A stretch of 63,458 nt of DNA, the filler included, from Nemertoderma westbladi (taxonomy: Eukaryota; Animalia; Xenacoelomorpha): NCBI GenBank assembly GCA_032718475.1. It is 4 parts of 4 records of this genome, joined end to end, with 100 filler letters (N's around TTAATTAATTAA, not from the genome) between each part and the next. Parts side by side here need not be neighbours in the genome. Positions count along the whole stretch, not along the records: positions 1 to 23,257 come from JAUCBJ010005284.1; positions 23,358 to 48,873 come from JAUCBJ010002404.1; 2 more parts are not named here. The stretch is one strand, 5' to 3'. The position numbers were made by a program, and so were the translations under genes. Of this stretch, positions 13,965 through 26,200 are shown one piece after another. The first letter of the stretch is position 1, and every line of letters starts with the position of its first letter. The notes under the pieces are model-generated. The model had not been told where the DNA came from. It did not search any database and was given only the letters and a program-made list of their open reading frames with translations.

Positions 13965-14280
13965 CAGTTGTCCATCGTAATGCAGAACATCGTCCCGTGA
14001 TAAGCGACCTCCACGTCTGAATTTAACAACTTTTATTTTTGAGCTATTGACTGTTAGGTCGTGGTCTCTGCAGTAGTCAAGTAATGCATCGAGTCCAATC
14101 TGAACTTGCGCAATGGAATTTCTACAAATAACTAGATCGTCCGCATACATGAATATAAGGCATCCAGTTGCTATAATAACTGCAGGGAGGTCGGAAACAA
14201 ACAAGATGAATATGAGAGGGTATAGCTCAGTAGCATGTCACCTTGAATAACTCCAATGGTCTGTGTGATCGGTTCCAGAA
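13965..14280 (-). pseudogene. Non-LTR retrotransposon reverse transcriptase fragment (RTE-X/L2-like)
   Basis: IGVIQGDML / LFVSDLP / MYADDLVI / LTVNSSKIKVVKFRRGGRL, with one frameshift. Confidence 0.85.
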
Positions 14281-14669
14281 CATAAATCCCAATTAATATA
14301 CAAACAAAGTTTATTGCTAGTATAGCTACATTTTTTCTGGCGCACATCAATTTATAGAGTTCAGAGTGTTGTCGCGGCGCGATTTCCAATATTACTAGGC
14401 GCAGCGCGATTTTCATAATATCTGGCGCGTTATCCGGCGCGCTTTTTGTAAGGATTCCACTAGGGGCGCCAGGATTCTAAATGCGCGCCACACGCCCCTG
14501 TTCCTTCGCGCCAGGATCCCAAATGCGCGCCACACGCCCCTGTTCCTTCACGCCAGGATCCTAAATGCGCGCCACACATGTCAGCATGTTGAGCAAACTC
14601 TACATAAATTCCAACCTGGGGGGAATGGACTGAGAATGATGCAAGGAGTTCTGTCCGCGACCAGGATAT

Positions 14670-14746
14670 AACTCCGGCTCCAGTCAAACTCCGGCAATTT
14701 TTTTCCACTCCGGCTCCGGCAAAATAAAAACTCCGATCGAGCCCTA
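14670..14746. mobile_element. Orphan end of a family-A-related hAT element
   Basis: CTCCGG repeats ending in CTCCGATCGAGCCCTA (14731-14746); no partner end in the window. Confidence 0.65.
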
Positions 14747-15195
14747 CATACAGCTAGTCATTATTCATTCAGACATGCCGTATCTGTAGCATAGACATAG
14801 GCCTATAGGACCACAGTACGTAGTATGTAATAAAGTAGAACGTAGTAGGTAGTACATAAATACAAGGACTAGGCCTACTGAAGTAGTCTTTAATATTCTT
14901 TCTATAATTCATATTGTAACATTTGAGTAATTTCAAAAAATGTACCTGTGTACACTTTACTTGACAACAAAAATTTACATGCAGTGTTTCTTAAGTAGTT
15001 GTTTCGTAATGTTACACTTTTGGAATAAAACAACGTACCTACTGTGTATTTGTTGCATTTGTCTTTATTAAGGTTTTCCGTCTCCGCATCCTTATTTTCA
15101 TTTCACCCACCCACAACTTTCGTTCGTTTAAGTAAACTTGGATTAGTGCAGCTGCAGTATTATAGATAACCGAATAAACTACAGGTACTGTACAG

Positions 15196-16957
15196 TAGCC
15201 TAGCGTTAGACCGGAGCCAGATTTTTGCCGGAGCCGGAACCGGACCGGGTAAATTCCAAAAGTACCGGAGCCGGAACCGGAGCCGGAACCGGAGCCGGAC
15301 CGGGTAAGTAAAATAAAAAAAATATATTGAGGCCTGGTACTGTGGTATGACTGTATGACATACAGGCAGACAGACAGATAGGTACCGGTACCACTGTCAG
15401 ACTGTATTACAGTAGCCTAGGGCCTATGACCTGGCATGTTGCAGTTCTGCAGTTCAGCAGTTAGTCCACTACACAGCTACATTTAGTAAGCCAACTTCTG
15501 CACTCTCTGACTTTGTTTTTACTCATAAACGAGTACATTTATTTGTCTGGTAGTTTTATTAGATAGGCCTATTACAGTAACAACAGAACAACTATGCAAT
15601 ATAAGAATGGTTGATCTGTTGAGTTGATACCATCAACCAGTTAACCCAGTACCGGTAGATCTATGTAGAGGCAGAGAGGTATACTAATACTAGCACTAGG
15701 GTAGTGACAGGCTAAGCAGAGTGCTTAGTTAGTACAGTCTGACAGTACTGTATAGCTGTAGGTACTAGTGTACTGACTCTAGCCTCAGCCTGGCACCTGG
15801 TAGGCCAGTACATCAGTCAGTCAGTATTAGCGTTAGACCGGAGCCAGATTTTTGCCGGAGCCGGAACCGGACCGGGTAAATTCCAAAAGTACCGGAGCCG
15901 GAACCGGAGCCGGACCGGGTAGGTAAAATTTAAAAAAATATATTGAGGCCTGGTTGCTGGTGCCTGGCAGCCTGGTATGACTGTATGACCTAAAGGTACC
16001 GGTACCACTGCTGCGCTGCACTGTCAGACTGTACTATAATACGACCTGGCATGTTGCAGTTAGTCCACTACACAGCTACATTTAGTGAGCCAACTTCTCC
16101 ACTTTCTGACTTTGTTTATACTTTATACTCATAAACCAGTACATTACGGTCTGACGGTAGTCGGGTAGTTTTATTACATATTAAATCTAACAAAACAACA
16201 GATCAACGACAGAACGATGCAATAGACAGATAGAAGAATGGTTGATAGCATCAACTCAGTCTGCCAGTAGATCTGTAGATGTAGACAGGTAGAGGTATAG
16301 TATAAGGTACTAGTACTAATACTACTGTACTAGGCAGAAGGCTAGACAGAGTCAGAGAGTGAGTAGGAAGTACAGTACCGGTACTGTAGGTACTAGTGTA
16401 CTGACTGGCCTGTCTTTGTAGCCTCAGCCTGGCACCTGGTAGGCCAGTACAGCAGTAGGCAGTGTAGCTGTCTGGCTGTACTATGATGGACTAGACTATA
16501 CTGCTAGATGACTGTGACTGTGGACAACTGACAGACTGATTGTGCATTGTACGTACATCTGTACATTGTGTGTCTCTGTCTGTCTTTTACAGTTTTATAC
16601 TGGAGCTCCGGTCCTCCGGTCATATTTTAGCCGGAGCCGGACCGGAACCGGAGCACCATTTTCTGGGCCGGATCCGGACCGGAGCCGGAGCTCCGGTCTA
16701 ACACTAGTCAGTATGCAGTGTAGCTGTATGCTGTACTATGACAGTATGATGGAATATGGAATAGATTACCAGTACTGTGACTGTGGACAACTGATTGTGC
16801 ATTGTACATTGTGTGTCTATCAGTCTATGTCTGTCTTTTACAGTTTTATACTGGAGCTCCGGTCCTCCGGTCACATTTTAGCCGGAGCCGGACCGGAACC
16901 GGAGCACCATTTTCCAGGCCGGATCCGGACCGGAGCCGGAGCTCCGGTCTAACACTA
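15196..16957 (+). mobile_element. hAT-type MITE, family C, outer copy
   Basis: TIR TAG(C/T)GTTAGACCGGAGC; TSD CTGTACAG (15188-15195, 16958-16965), with an extra TAGCC at the left tip. Confidence 0.85.
15828..16706 (+). mobile_element. hAT-type MITE, family C, inner copy nested in its own family
   Basis: Same TIRs; exact TSD GTCAGTAT (15820-15827, 16707-16714). Confidence 0.9.
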
Positions 16958-17910
16958 CTGTACAGTATAACAAGCAGATCTTATGTTTTATACCAGTCAG
17001 CCCGGTCAGCCATTCCAAGCAAAAGTAAACCTTTTGGTGTAAAATGAAAGTACTTAGAAATTAATTTCTTTTGTATTGAGTGTGTAGCACACATATTGTG
17101 CTTCATAAAACTGTTTTCAAATGTTCCATAACCCTAGCCAATTTTTTTTTAAGGCGTCCGCAAAATGTGATTTAAAAAATGCCAAAAATTCAATATTTTT
17201 GGGATTAATTACATACAAACCAAAATGGCATGATAATTACCAAACTGGCAATGCCATATGTTTTTCAGAATCTTATATCTATGTAGTAATTAGCCATGTC
17301 GGTTAAATAATATACAACTAATAAATATTTTTCTAATAGCATTGTAATGAGTGGATGGAAAATATGTCACGACCGTTACGCAGAAGAACAAGTTTTTCCA
17401 ATATCTCCATATCCCCGGCAGTAATGGTTATAATCTTTTATATCTATCGTTAGGTGGTTCGTATCAATTGTTTGAGTCATATAGTTTAACTTGACTATAT
17501 GTTCCAGTTGTAGTAATCAGCGTAACGGTCGTGACATTAACATGTGGGAAATGGGAATATTAGCATAGCATGTATAATTCAAGGAGCGAAAGGTCGTCTT
17601 TTTTACTCTCTATTTAGATTACATTTTGGAATATGATTCCACACAAAGTGATAATTGTAATATTGGGTGTACAAAGGTTTCTTCTTAACCTATAATGTGC
17701 CATAACAGCACTTATGACCGTAACGGTTGTGACACAAATGACAAACCTTAGGAATCATTATTATACAGTATAAATTAATTTGTATCATTTATGATACCAC
17801 TGCTGCAGTGGGATGTAATTATAATTATACTGTAATCAGGTAGTACACATAATAACCAAAATATCAGCTTACAATACTACATAGAACATTTTACTTGTGA
17901 ACGAAGAGTT

Positions 17911-18845
17911 TACTTGCACTTTTCATTTCAGCACCAAAAATGGTAGGTATGTTCAACCAGTCAACTGCGGAATTTAAAAAGCCTTCCATTGAAATCGGCG
18001 TACCAGAACAGCAGGAAAACTGTATGTAATAGAGAAAGAAACACCATTCGTACAATTCTAGTTGTTTTCACTAATTTGAAAAATGCTGGTTACTTGCACC
18101 AAAAATGGTAGGTCAGTAGATGTGTTCAACTGCGGAATTTAAAAAGCCTTCCATTGAAATCGGCGTACCAGAAAACCTGTATGTAATTGAAATAAGCACC
18201 ATTCCTGCAATTCTACTTGTTTGAACTAATTTTAAAAATGCTGGTTACTTGCACTTTTCATTTTAGCACCAAAAATGGTAGGTCAGTAAGTGCGTTCAAC
18301 TGCCTGACTGCGGAATTTTAAATGCCTTCCATTGAAATCGGCGTACCAGAAAACCTTTATATAATTGAAATAAATACCATTCCTACAATTCTTATTGTTT
18401 TCACTAATTTGAAAAATGCTGGTTACTTGCACTTTTCATTTTAGCACAAAAATGGTAGGTGTGTTCAACTGCGGAATTTAAAAAGCCTTCCATTGAAATC
18501 AGCGCACCAGAAAACCTGTATGTAATTGAAATAAACACAATTCCTACAAGTCTAGTTGTTTTCATTAATTTGAAAAATGCTGTTTACTTGCACTTTTCAT
18601 TTTAGCACCAAAAATGGTAGGTGTGTTCAACTGCGGAATGTAAAAAGCCTTCCATTGAAATCAGCGCACCAGAAAACCTGTATGTAATTGAAATAAACAC
18701 CATTCCTACAAGTCTAGTTGTTTTCATTAATTTGAAAAATGCTGTTTACTTGCACTTTTCATTTTAGCACCAAAAATGGTAGGTGTGTTCAATTGCGGAA
18801 TGTAACAAGCCTTCCATTAAAATCAGCGTACAAGAAAACCTGACT
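17911..18845. repeat. Tandem repeat, ~160-bp unit, about 6 copies
   Basis: Units start with TACTTGCAC at about 17911, 18091, 18246, 18424, 18585 and 18747. Confidence 0.9.
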
Positions 18846-19289
18846 GAAATCGATAGCAATACCTAACTTTAATACCTTACCATTTTTTGAAATTCAGATT
18901 TATGTGAAAATCGATAATGTCACAACCGTTACGAAACTATGTCACGACCGTTACGCTGGTTAATTGATTGCCACATTCTCTAATGATATTATATTGCCAT
19001 ACTGTTAATTTCATTTTAAACTCTATCTATTAACATGTTAGTCTGACATAAGTAACGCTAAATAAGTACAGTAAATTCGATAGAAATTTATAATGTGTAG
19101 GAGTCTCTAAAAAGCTTGTCCATTTCAGTCACGACCGTTACGCCAACTTTAAACTGGAATACAATCAATAAAACTTAATGTATTCCAGTGCGGTTTCGAT
19201 TTTATTAAAGGTCCATATCTTAGGATTATATCATAGTAATATATTTTCAATATCATTCTTCCATGTGCCCTTAGAATACTCATTAATAC

Positions 19290-20082
19290 TAGGGCTCGAT
19301 CGGAGTTGGGATTTGGCCGGAGCCGGAGCAGGAGCCGGAGTTGGACAATTTGGCCGGAGCAGGAGCCGGAGTTTTTCAAAAATTTTAAAAATTCAATTAT
19401 TTATTTAAAAAAAATAAAGTATGATTATCGTTCGCCAATCGCTCATAATCAATCATACTGTAGGTCTAATTAATTTCATAATTTATAGATTTACGAATTT
19501 TCAATTTAAAATTTAAGTAATTAATTTATCACGGACAGACGGCCTGAAGCTGACGGCTAAAAATTACCTACAGTACCTAACTCACTAACTGTCAGACTGT
19601 GGTAGAGGTGTGTACTGTAGGTACTAGGTAGCCTACCGCTGTACCGTACGTGTACCAGTCACCAGTACTGCAGTACATTATGCAGTTATGCTGGCATGAC
19701 AGCAGTAAATGGCTGCAGTGGTAGGCCTACAGTGTACAATCATAGCATTTACAATTTTTTACAGTAGTCTGTTATAGTTTGCTATTGCTAGTCAGCCAAC
19801 TGGCCAGTACCAGTCTGCCAGTACTCCAGTACAGTCAGTCAGTCAGACATTGACTTTAAGTAAATACTGCAGTATTATGCTTGATATTGACAGATTGAAG
19901 CTGTACTAAAGTACTAGGCCTACTTATAGTGTAAATAATTGTTCAGATTAGAATATGCACGAAATATAATACTTTATTAAAAAATTAACTCCGGCAATAT
20001 TTTTACCGGAGCCGGAGCAGGAGCCGGAGGTGCCAAAATGGCCGGAGCCGGAGCCGGAGGCCGGAGCTCCGATCGAGCCCTA
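19290..20082 (+). mobile_element. hAT-type MITE, family A, copy 4
   Basis: Same TIRs; exact TSD ATTAATAC (19282-19289, 20083-20090). Confidence 0.93.
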
Positions 20083-20149
20083 ATTAATACCGGAAACCCA
20101 TGCGGAATGTCACGACCGTTACGCTGGAATGGCTGCCGGTGCGGCTTTG

Positions 20150-20375
20150 AAGAGCCGGTGGAAGATTTTTCACCCGGCGCAGCATTTTGCATTGCACAGA
20201 GCCGGCGCAGAAGTTTTTGCACCTGGCATGGGTGTGGGTTTGCACAGAGCCGGCGCAGGATTTTTTGCACCCGGCGTGGTTTTGCACAGAGCCGGCGCAG
20301 GATTTTTTGCACCCGGTGTGGTTTTGCTCAGAGCCGGCGCAGGATTTTTGGCACCCAGCGTCGCGTTCGGCGCAG
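20150..20375. repeat. GC-rich ~42-bp tandem repeat, about 5 copies
   Basis: GCACAGAGCCGGCGCAGGATTTTTTGCACCCGG units; similar motifs occur at 1-100 and 985-1050. Confidence 0.75.
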
Positions 20376-21667
20376 AAAATAAAACTTTTCAATAGGGCTT
20401 GGAGTTGTACTAAAGTCCAATATTGGACTTTGGAGTCCAAAATTGGACTTGAAGTCCAATTTTTGACTTCTCACCGACTGACAGTCAGACAGTTCTGCAG
20501 CTGCAGTCCTGCAGTTAGTGCAGCAGGCAGGCAGGGTACCGCCGTACCGGTAGTAGGTGTACACTGACTGACTGACAGACTGATATTATTTCATGGGAAA
20601 ATGATGGTTATAATTGCTGAATTGTATAATGTTACGCCGTACGCGTCGCGTCAGCCATCAGGCACTTTGCTGCTTTGGCTGTTTGGGTACAGCGGTACAG
20701 CGTACAGCTGTACAGGCAGACAGGGTATGGGCAGAGGGCAGATGGGCTATGTTTATGCATGCGTAATGGGCAGAGGGCAGATCAGCAGATGGGACCGAAA
20801 TGTTGGCCAGTTGGCTGATTGGCCTACTACTGTACCTGTGTACCGGACTACCGGTACTACCGATTGCGATACCTGACAGCCTGACTAGTCTGTCAGTCTG
20901 TCTCACTGTCTGACAGTACTAGTATGAGTATCAGGCTGTCAGGATGATACAGTACTGTACTGTAGTGTAGTAGGCCTACTGTCCACTGTCTGACTGTAGT
21001 GCAGTAGTGTAGTTACCCTGTTACCGTACCGGTATTTGGTATTGCTGTACTGCTGTACTGTGAGACTGTAGTAGGCGAGTAGGCCTAACAGTCTAAGAAA
21101 TACAAAAGCAGGACAGCAGGCAGGATGTTGTAATTCAGCATTAAATCTGTAAATACTGAAATATGCAGATAGGCCTACAGTTGTACAGTAGGTGCAGTAA
21201 AATGCCTGCAACTCAGTAGGTAACTGCAGAACTGTCAGACAGTAATAATTACAGAATGACTTTGTCTTAATTTCTGAATTTCCATGTCCTCCTGAAGTGG
21301 GTTTGACTTTTCCGTGTACAGGTGTAGGCGATGGAATGCAGTTTCGCATAGGTCTGTAGGTAAATTTTTTGCGTAGGCAACCAATGAATGAATCGAACAA
21401 GAACCTTTATAAAAGAGAGGTAAATTCAAATATGCTCAATATAACAAACGATAATAGAGTTGTTCGGCAGATTGTTATGTTAGTTCAATACAGATGTAAT
21501 CATCTACTTACCCAGAAAAGTCACAGCATGATAAGTCGCTGAGAAATTGCTACTAATTTCGCCGGCTAATACCCTGCTAATTTCGCCGGATAAAAGCCGG
21601 CTTTTTGGTTCCAATGTCAGAATGTTCTTAAAGGTTTCGAAGGGTGGATTTCGAAGAGAAATAGCCG

Positions 21668-21900
21668 TCGTTTAGTAGACTATTATTAGCCTTCGATTAC
21701 TACCTAGTTTACGAAGCATATTCAAAGCATAATTCGAAGATAAAAATGCTTCGTTTAGTAGACTATTCGCCTGCGATTAGAAATTTACGAAGCATTTTCG
21801 AAGAATAATTTCGAAGACAAAAATGCTTCGTTTAGTAGACTATTCGCCTGCGATTAGAAGTTTACGAAGCATTTTCGAAGGATAATTTCATCGAAGCATA
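21668..21900. repeat. ~77-bp tandem repeat, about 3 copies
   Basis: CGTTTAGTAGACTATT...TTTACGAAGCAT...TTCGAAG units. Confidence 0.75.
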
Positions 21901-22096
21901 AAAAATGCTTTTTATCGAAGAAAAAAAAAGTAACTGAAACTGGACCTGCTGACCTGCCTGTGGATGTTTTTGGTGGAGAGGGAGGAGGGGGGGGGGGGGG
22001 GGGGGGGGTATTGGTATTAGCCTATACAGCTATACCTACCTTATCCTACCCTACATCCCTGAGTGTTTAAAGCTCATCTATCCCATCATAGTAGAC

Positions 22097-23257
22097 ATGT
22101 ACCGAACAACAAGAGTCCCACAAGAAATGAAAACAAATAAGTTGGTGCCAGTTCCCAAGAAGGGCAACCTAACACTCTATGGTTCTTTTCGGGGAATCTC
22201 ATTGATCTCGATTGCTGCAAAGCTATACAATAGGATTCTATTAAATCGCATCAGGGATCCCATTGAGAGACTGCTCCGTGGAAATCAGAATGGGTTCCGT
22301 AAAGGTCGTGGGACCATGGAGCCCATTTTGGCACTTAGAAGGATAATTGAAGAGTTATCAAAAAAGAAAGACAGGCATCTGGCTGTTATCTTTGTTGACT
22401 TCTTCAAGGCCTTTGATTCAGTCTCTCGCTCACGTATGTTCAGCATACTTTCATTATATGGGATTCCTGATGAAATTATTGCAGCAATCAGATCAGTATA
22501 CGATGGTTCGACAACATTTGTGTCTACTGTTGATGGTGACACAGAACCATTTGAAGTGTTATGGGGCGTCCTCCAAGGAGACACACTTGCACCATTCTTG
22601 TTCATTATTGTGGTTGACTATGTTCTACGCATGTCCTTAGATCATTATAATGATGATGGGGTGATGATAACTCCACCTACTGGCTCCAGAAGTCGAGGAA
22701 ATCCTGCCAAGTACCTAACTGATCTAGACTTTGCTGATGACTTAGGAGTACTCTCAGAATCATTAGAGGGAGCCCAACGGCTCCTCAGCTCATTAGAACA
22801 TGCTGCTTCTAGTGTTGGTCTTTTTATTAACTCCAGAAAGACCAAAATTCTGACAGTTAACTTTGAAAGTCCTCAGCAAGTCTCTGATCGGATGAGCATA
22901 AGCTCAAAGGATGGTATGCTTGAGCTTGTGGACGACTTCTGTTACCTGGGATCATGGATCCGGAAGTCAGGTGAGGACCTTCGAATACGTAAGGGAAAGG
23001 CATGGGCAGCCTTAAATAGGCTTTCCAGGATTTGGAAGTCACCGAGAATTAATCGGAAACTTAAGGTCCGATTATTTAGAGCAGCAGTAGTTCCAGTACT
23101 CCTCTATGGGAGTCCATGCTGGGCTCCAACTGCTGAGGACACCAAATCTCTGGATGGCACATTCACAAGAATGCTACGCCGGGTTCATTGTGTCAAGTAC
23201 AATGTACACATCTCCAACCAGACACTATATAACATTGGAGGTGTCTCATTGGTTCCC
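22097..23257 (+). mobile_element. RTE-clade LINE, reverse transcriptase region (5'-truncated, runs into the gap)
   Basis: Open frame with PVPKKG, FRGISL, QNGFRKGR, FVDFFKAFDSV, GVLQGDTLAPFLF, DLDFADD, FCYLGS. Confidence 0.93.
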
Positions 23258-23357
23258 NNNNNNNNNNNNNNNNNNNNNNNNNNNNNNNNNNNNNNNNNNN
23301 NTTAATTAATTAANNNNNNNNNNNNNNNNNNNNNNNNNNNNNNNNNNNNNNNNNNNN
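23258..23357. other. Assembly gap with artificial linker
   Basis: 44 N + TTAATTAATTAA + 44 N. Confidence 0.97.
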
Positions 23358-23594
23358 GTCCCCGTCCCCGTCCCCGTCCCCGTCCCCGTCCCCGTCCCCG
23401 TCCCCGTCCCCGTCCCCGTCCCCGTCCCCGTCCCCGTCCCCGTCCCCGCCCCCGTCCCCGTCCCCGTCCCCGTCCCCGTCCCCGTCCCCGTCCGTCCCGT
23501 CCCCCGTCCCCGTCCCCGTCCCCGTCCCCGTCCCCGTCCGTCCCGTCCCCGTCCCGTCCCCGTCCCCGTCCCCGTCCCCCCCCGTCCCCGCCCT
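23358..23594. repeat. (GTCCCC)n microsatellite
   Basis: Hexamer array abutting the gap. Confidence 0.95.
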
Positions 23595-24220
23595 CCTTAA
23601 TAATCACTGTGACATTATCACAGTGTACACAGGTTTAATAATAATCACATAATAATCCATAATAATCACAGGTTCATTTTATAGCACTTAAACTTTTAAA
23701 CAATTCGGATTCCGGTCGCTAGAAGGCTGTCATTAAATTTGTTATTATTAGATCTTTTAAATTTGTGCTGGCAAAGTGGTAAAAAATTCCATCAGTCCCC
23801 AAATGGCCTATCTGAATTGTAGTCAATCATCTTAACAACTTCTTTGACAGAGAGTTATCACTTTGTGTTTTACTTTAAAAAGTGGACTACCGGTACTAAT
23901 TTTAAACAGATTTACTAGAAATATTTTTAATTGTTATTTCTTACTTTGGAGTTCGACTTATCCCCCCCCCCCCCCCCCCCCCCACTCGACTCCCTTCTCA
24001 TTCTCAGAAACACCATGTGTAGTCCTACTGACTTTTAGTTTAAGAATTGAAGAGTTTCTAAGAAATAAGCTTTGGAAGATTAAACCGACAGATCGACAGA
24101 CAGACACGAGGTATGTAGAGTTATTGGAACGGTACCCTTTTTGCTCGCTTGAAATCATCATTTATCCGATCTCATTATAACATACATAGTTAGTTACACG
24201 TTCGTGGGGACTTCGCGCAG

Positions 24221-25139
24221 CACGTAGTCGGCAAGCCTTGCATACGGTTCATATAGAGCAAATGGGGCATGTCTAGTTTGGACCCCATATCCCATGCTAT
24301 AAATGTATTCATTCGATATACAATCATATGTTAATCCGCTAGGTGGTGTCAAATTGTTATTCTGCAATTTCGTACTTACCAGTGCAGCACTGTACAGCAG
24401 TACCGTACCGGTAGGCGAAGTTGAAGTTGAAGTTTTTTATTAACATCGTACATAACAATAACATAACATAAACAGCAAACAGCATATTAAAAACGGTATA
24501 TATGGAGATTGTCTGTTTTAAAAATAATGCAACCAACATAATATTAAATTATAGTACAGTCATAGTCACAGTACAATGTTAGGGATAGCCCCATGGCCAT
24601 GAGGTTATACCTCGTTTCCATGGAGGTCCCTTTAAATTAAACGGAATTAAACAGGAATCACGTGCAGTTTAACATGCAACTAAATAAAATATGGTAGACC
24701 ATAGTACAGTACCTACGTAATTAAAAAATATAACAGCAATTCGATGGCAGGCCTATGTCATTACTTCTGAGTCTCTAGCGGATCCCCAATTAAATGTCTT
24801 AACTTTTCAATTTCGTAAAAGATAGACTTCATGATTCTCTACAGGCCACCAAAATTTCAGCTCAGGAAAATGAGGCCTTCCCGAGAAATTTAACATTTTC
24901 TAAAAACCACATAATCTGTCGTAGCTGACGTCAGACTGCATGATTTTTCACCAAACTTTACAAACTTTCTAAACTTTCTCTCTACTACTTACTCCTAAGT
25001 TTGGTTCAATTCCGAACGAGCGATGCCGAGAAATTCGCGTTCAAACATTTACCAGACAGACGACAGACAGACAGACGGACAGACGGACATGCCCCATTTG
25101 CCCTATATGAACCGTATGCAAAGGCTCGCCGACTACGTG
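24221..25139. mobile_element. Non-autonomous element with ~53-bp inverted repeats and a (CAGA/CGGA)n tract (DINE-1/HINE-like)
   Basis: 24221-24273 is the near-perfect reverse complement of 25086-25139; CAGACAGACGGAC tract at 25054-25090; no clear TSD. Confidence 0.5.
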
Positions 25140-25841
25140 TCTCGCCCCACATAGGCCTACGTCCTTTGTCCTTCCGTCTACCAAGTAGGCCCCCTATAAC
25201 CTTTCAATTTTTATATGAACATTTTTAGCTGAAACCTACAATATATTGGGGATATCTACTGAGGCTGAAAATGGTGGAAAAATGAAAATTCGCCAATATT
25301 ATTAAATTACCCAAATTGTAAACAACTTCGGCAGAGGTCCCATGGGAACATTAAACCATGTTGTGGAAGCTTAGACACTTCTTAAAAATTGTTCAAATGA
25401 TTTGTAGAAGCTTTGAGCTTTATTGACCCTTTGAAGTTTTGACCCTGCGTAAGAGTTGACATTGGGACTGATTTGACATTGAATGGTAATGTAGGCCTGT
25501 GTCAAGGTCTATAGTAAATTCAAGGCGGGAAAACCTAATTAATAATACAATTTATATCAATCATAAAGTAAGAGAAAGCGAGAAAATATTTTATCAGTTG
25601 ATATAAACGCGAGCCTTGCAAGCAAATCAAAATTTTGTGACTAGAGTTTACTATACAAATATAAACAATCGAGTGAGAGTGTAATTGTGTTTAGTATTTG
25701 TTCTAAAGAGATAATTCTAAATCGTGAGATTTAGAAAAACGCGAGAGAAAGCCTGCGGATTTATTCTTCAAATGTTGCAATATTTGAATAGAGTTTTTCA
25801 TGCAGTAATTGTAATGTTTATCGGGGGACGGGGGATGATGT

Positions 25842-25877
<36 letters not shown>

Positions 25878-26022
25878 ATGCCATCCGCTCTTAATACAAC
25901 ATTGGTGTGTGTCCACTTCCATTGTATAGGTACATACTGTAGTAGCTGATAAAGTCAGTAAGGTGATCTACCAATGCCAATGGGTGTGACATGTAGAGAT
26001 CCGATTTTACCAATTTATTTTA

Positions 26023-26200
26023 TAATAATAATAATAATAATAATAATATTGGTTATTTATATAGCGCTTTTCTACGCTCAGCATACATCACATGCATAGC
26101 TTTTATTATCATTACCCCAGCAAAGCCAGGTTCCCATTATACCGCTGGGTTGGCGTAGGCACTAATGTCTAAAGTGTCTTGCCTGGGGACACAACAGTGC
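26023..26200 (-). mobile_element. SINE, 5'-truncated
   Basis: Minus strand reads GTGTCCCCAGGCAAGACACTTTA...ACCCAGCGGTATAATGGGAACCTG...AAAGCGCTATATAAAT plus an (ATT)n tail, typical of metazoan SINE body and L2-like tail. Confidence 0.7.

Larger units (their letters stand above)
8161..14619 (+). mobile_element. hAT-superfamily transposon, family B, formerly autonomous
   Basis: 35-bp perfect TIR CCAGGTTGGAATTTATGTAGAGTTTGCTCAACATG; 42-bp subterminal repeats (2 left, 3 right, inverted); contains a transposase gene; TSD not clean. Confidence 0.88.
17007..20135. mobile_element. TIR DNA element with 5-bp TSD, superfamily unassigned
   Basis: Short TIR CAGCCATTCCA...TGGAATGGCTG; CCGGT on both flanks; motif GTCAC(G/A)ACCGTTACG recurs about 7 times in both orientations. 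Confidence 0.7.

Noticed and set aside
20393-20470. TAGGGCTTGGAG as the start of another hAT element (similarly a lone pogo-like end at about 29640-29680)
   Set aside because: No partner TIR or TSD found in the window
23302-23313. TTAATTAATTAA palindrome inside N runs (also in the gaps at 48874 and 59695)
   Set aside because: Identical 44N-linker-44N layout three times; it is an assembly spacer, and contiguity across the gaps is not guaranteed
23302-23607. Poly-(GR) ORF
   Set aside because: Translation of the (GGGGAC)n microsatellite running into a gap
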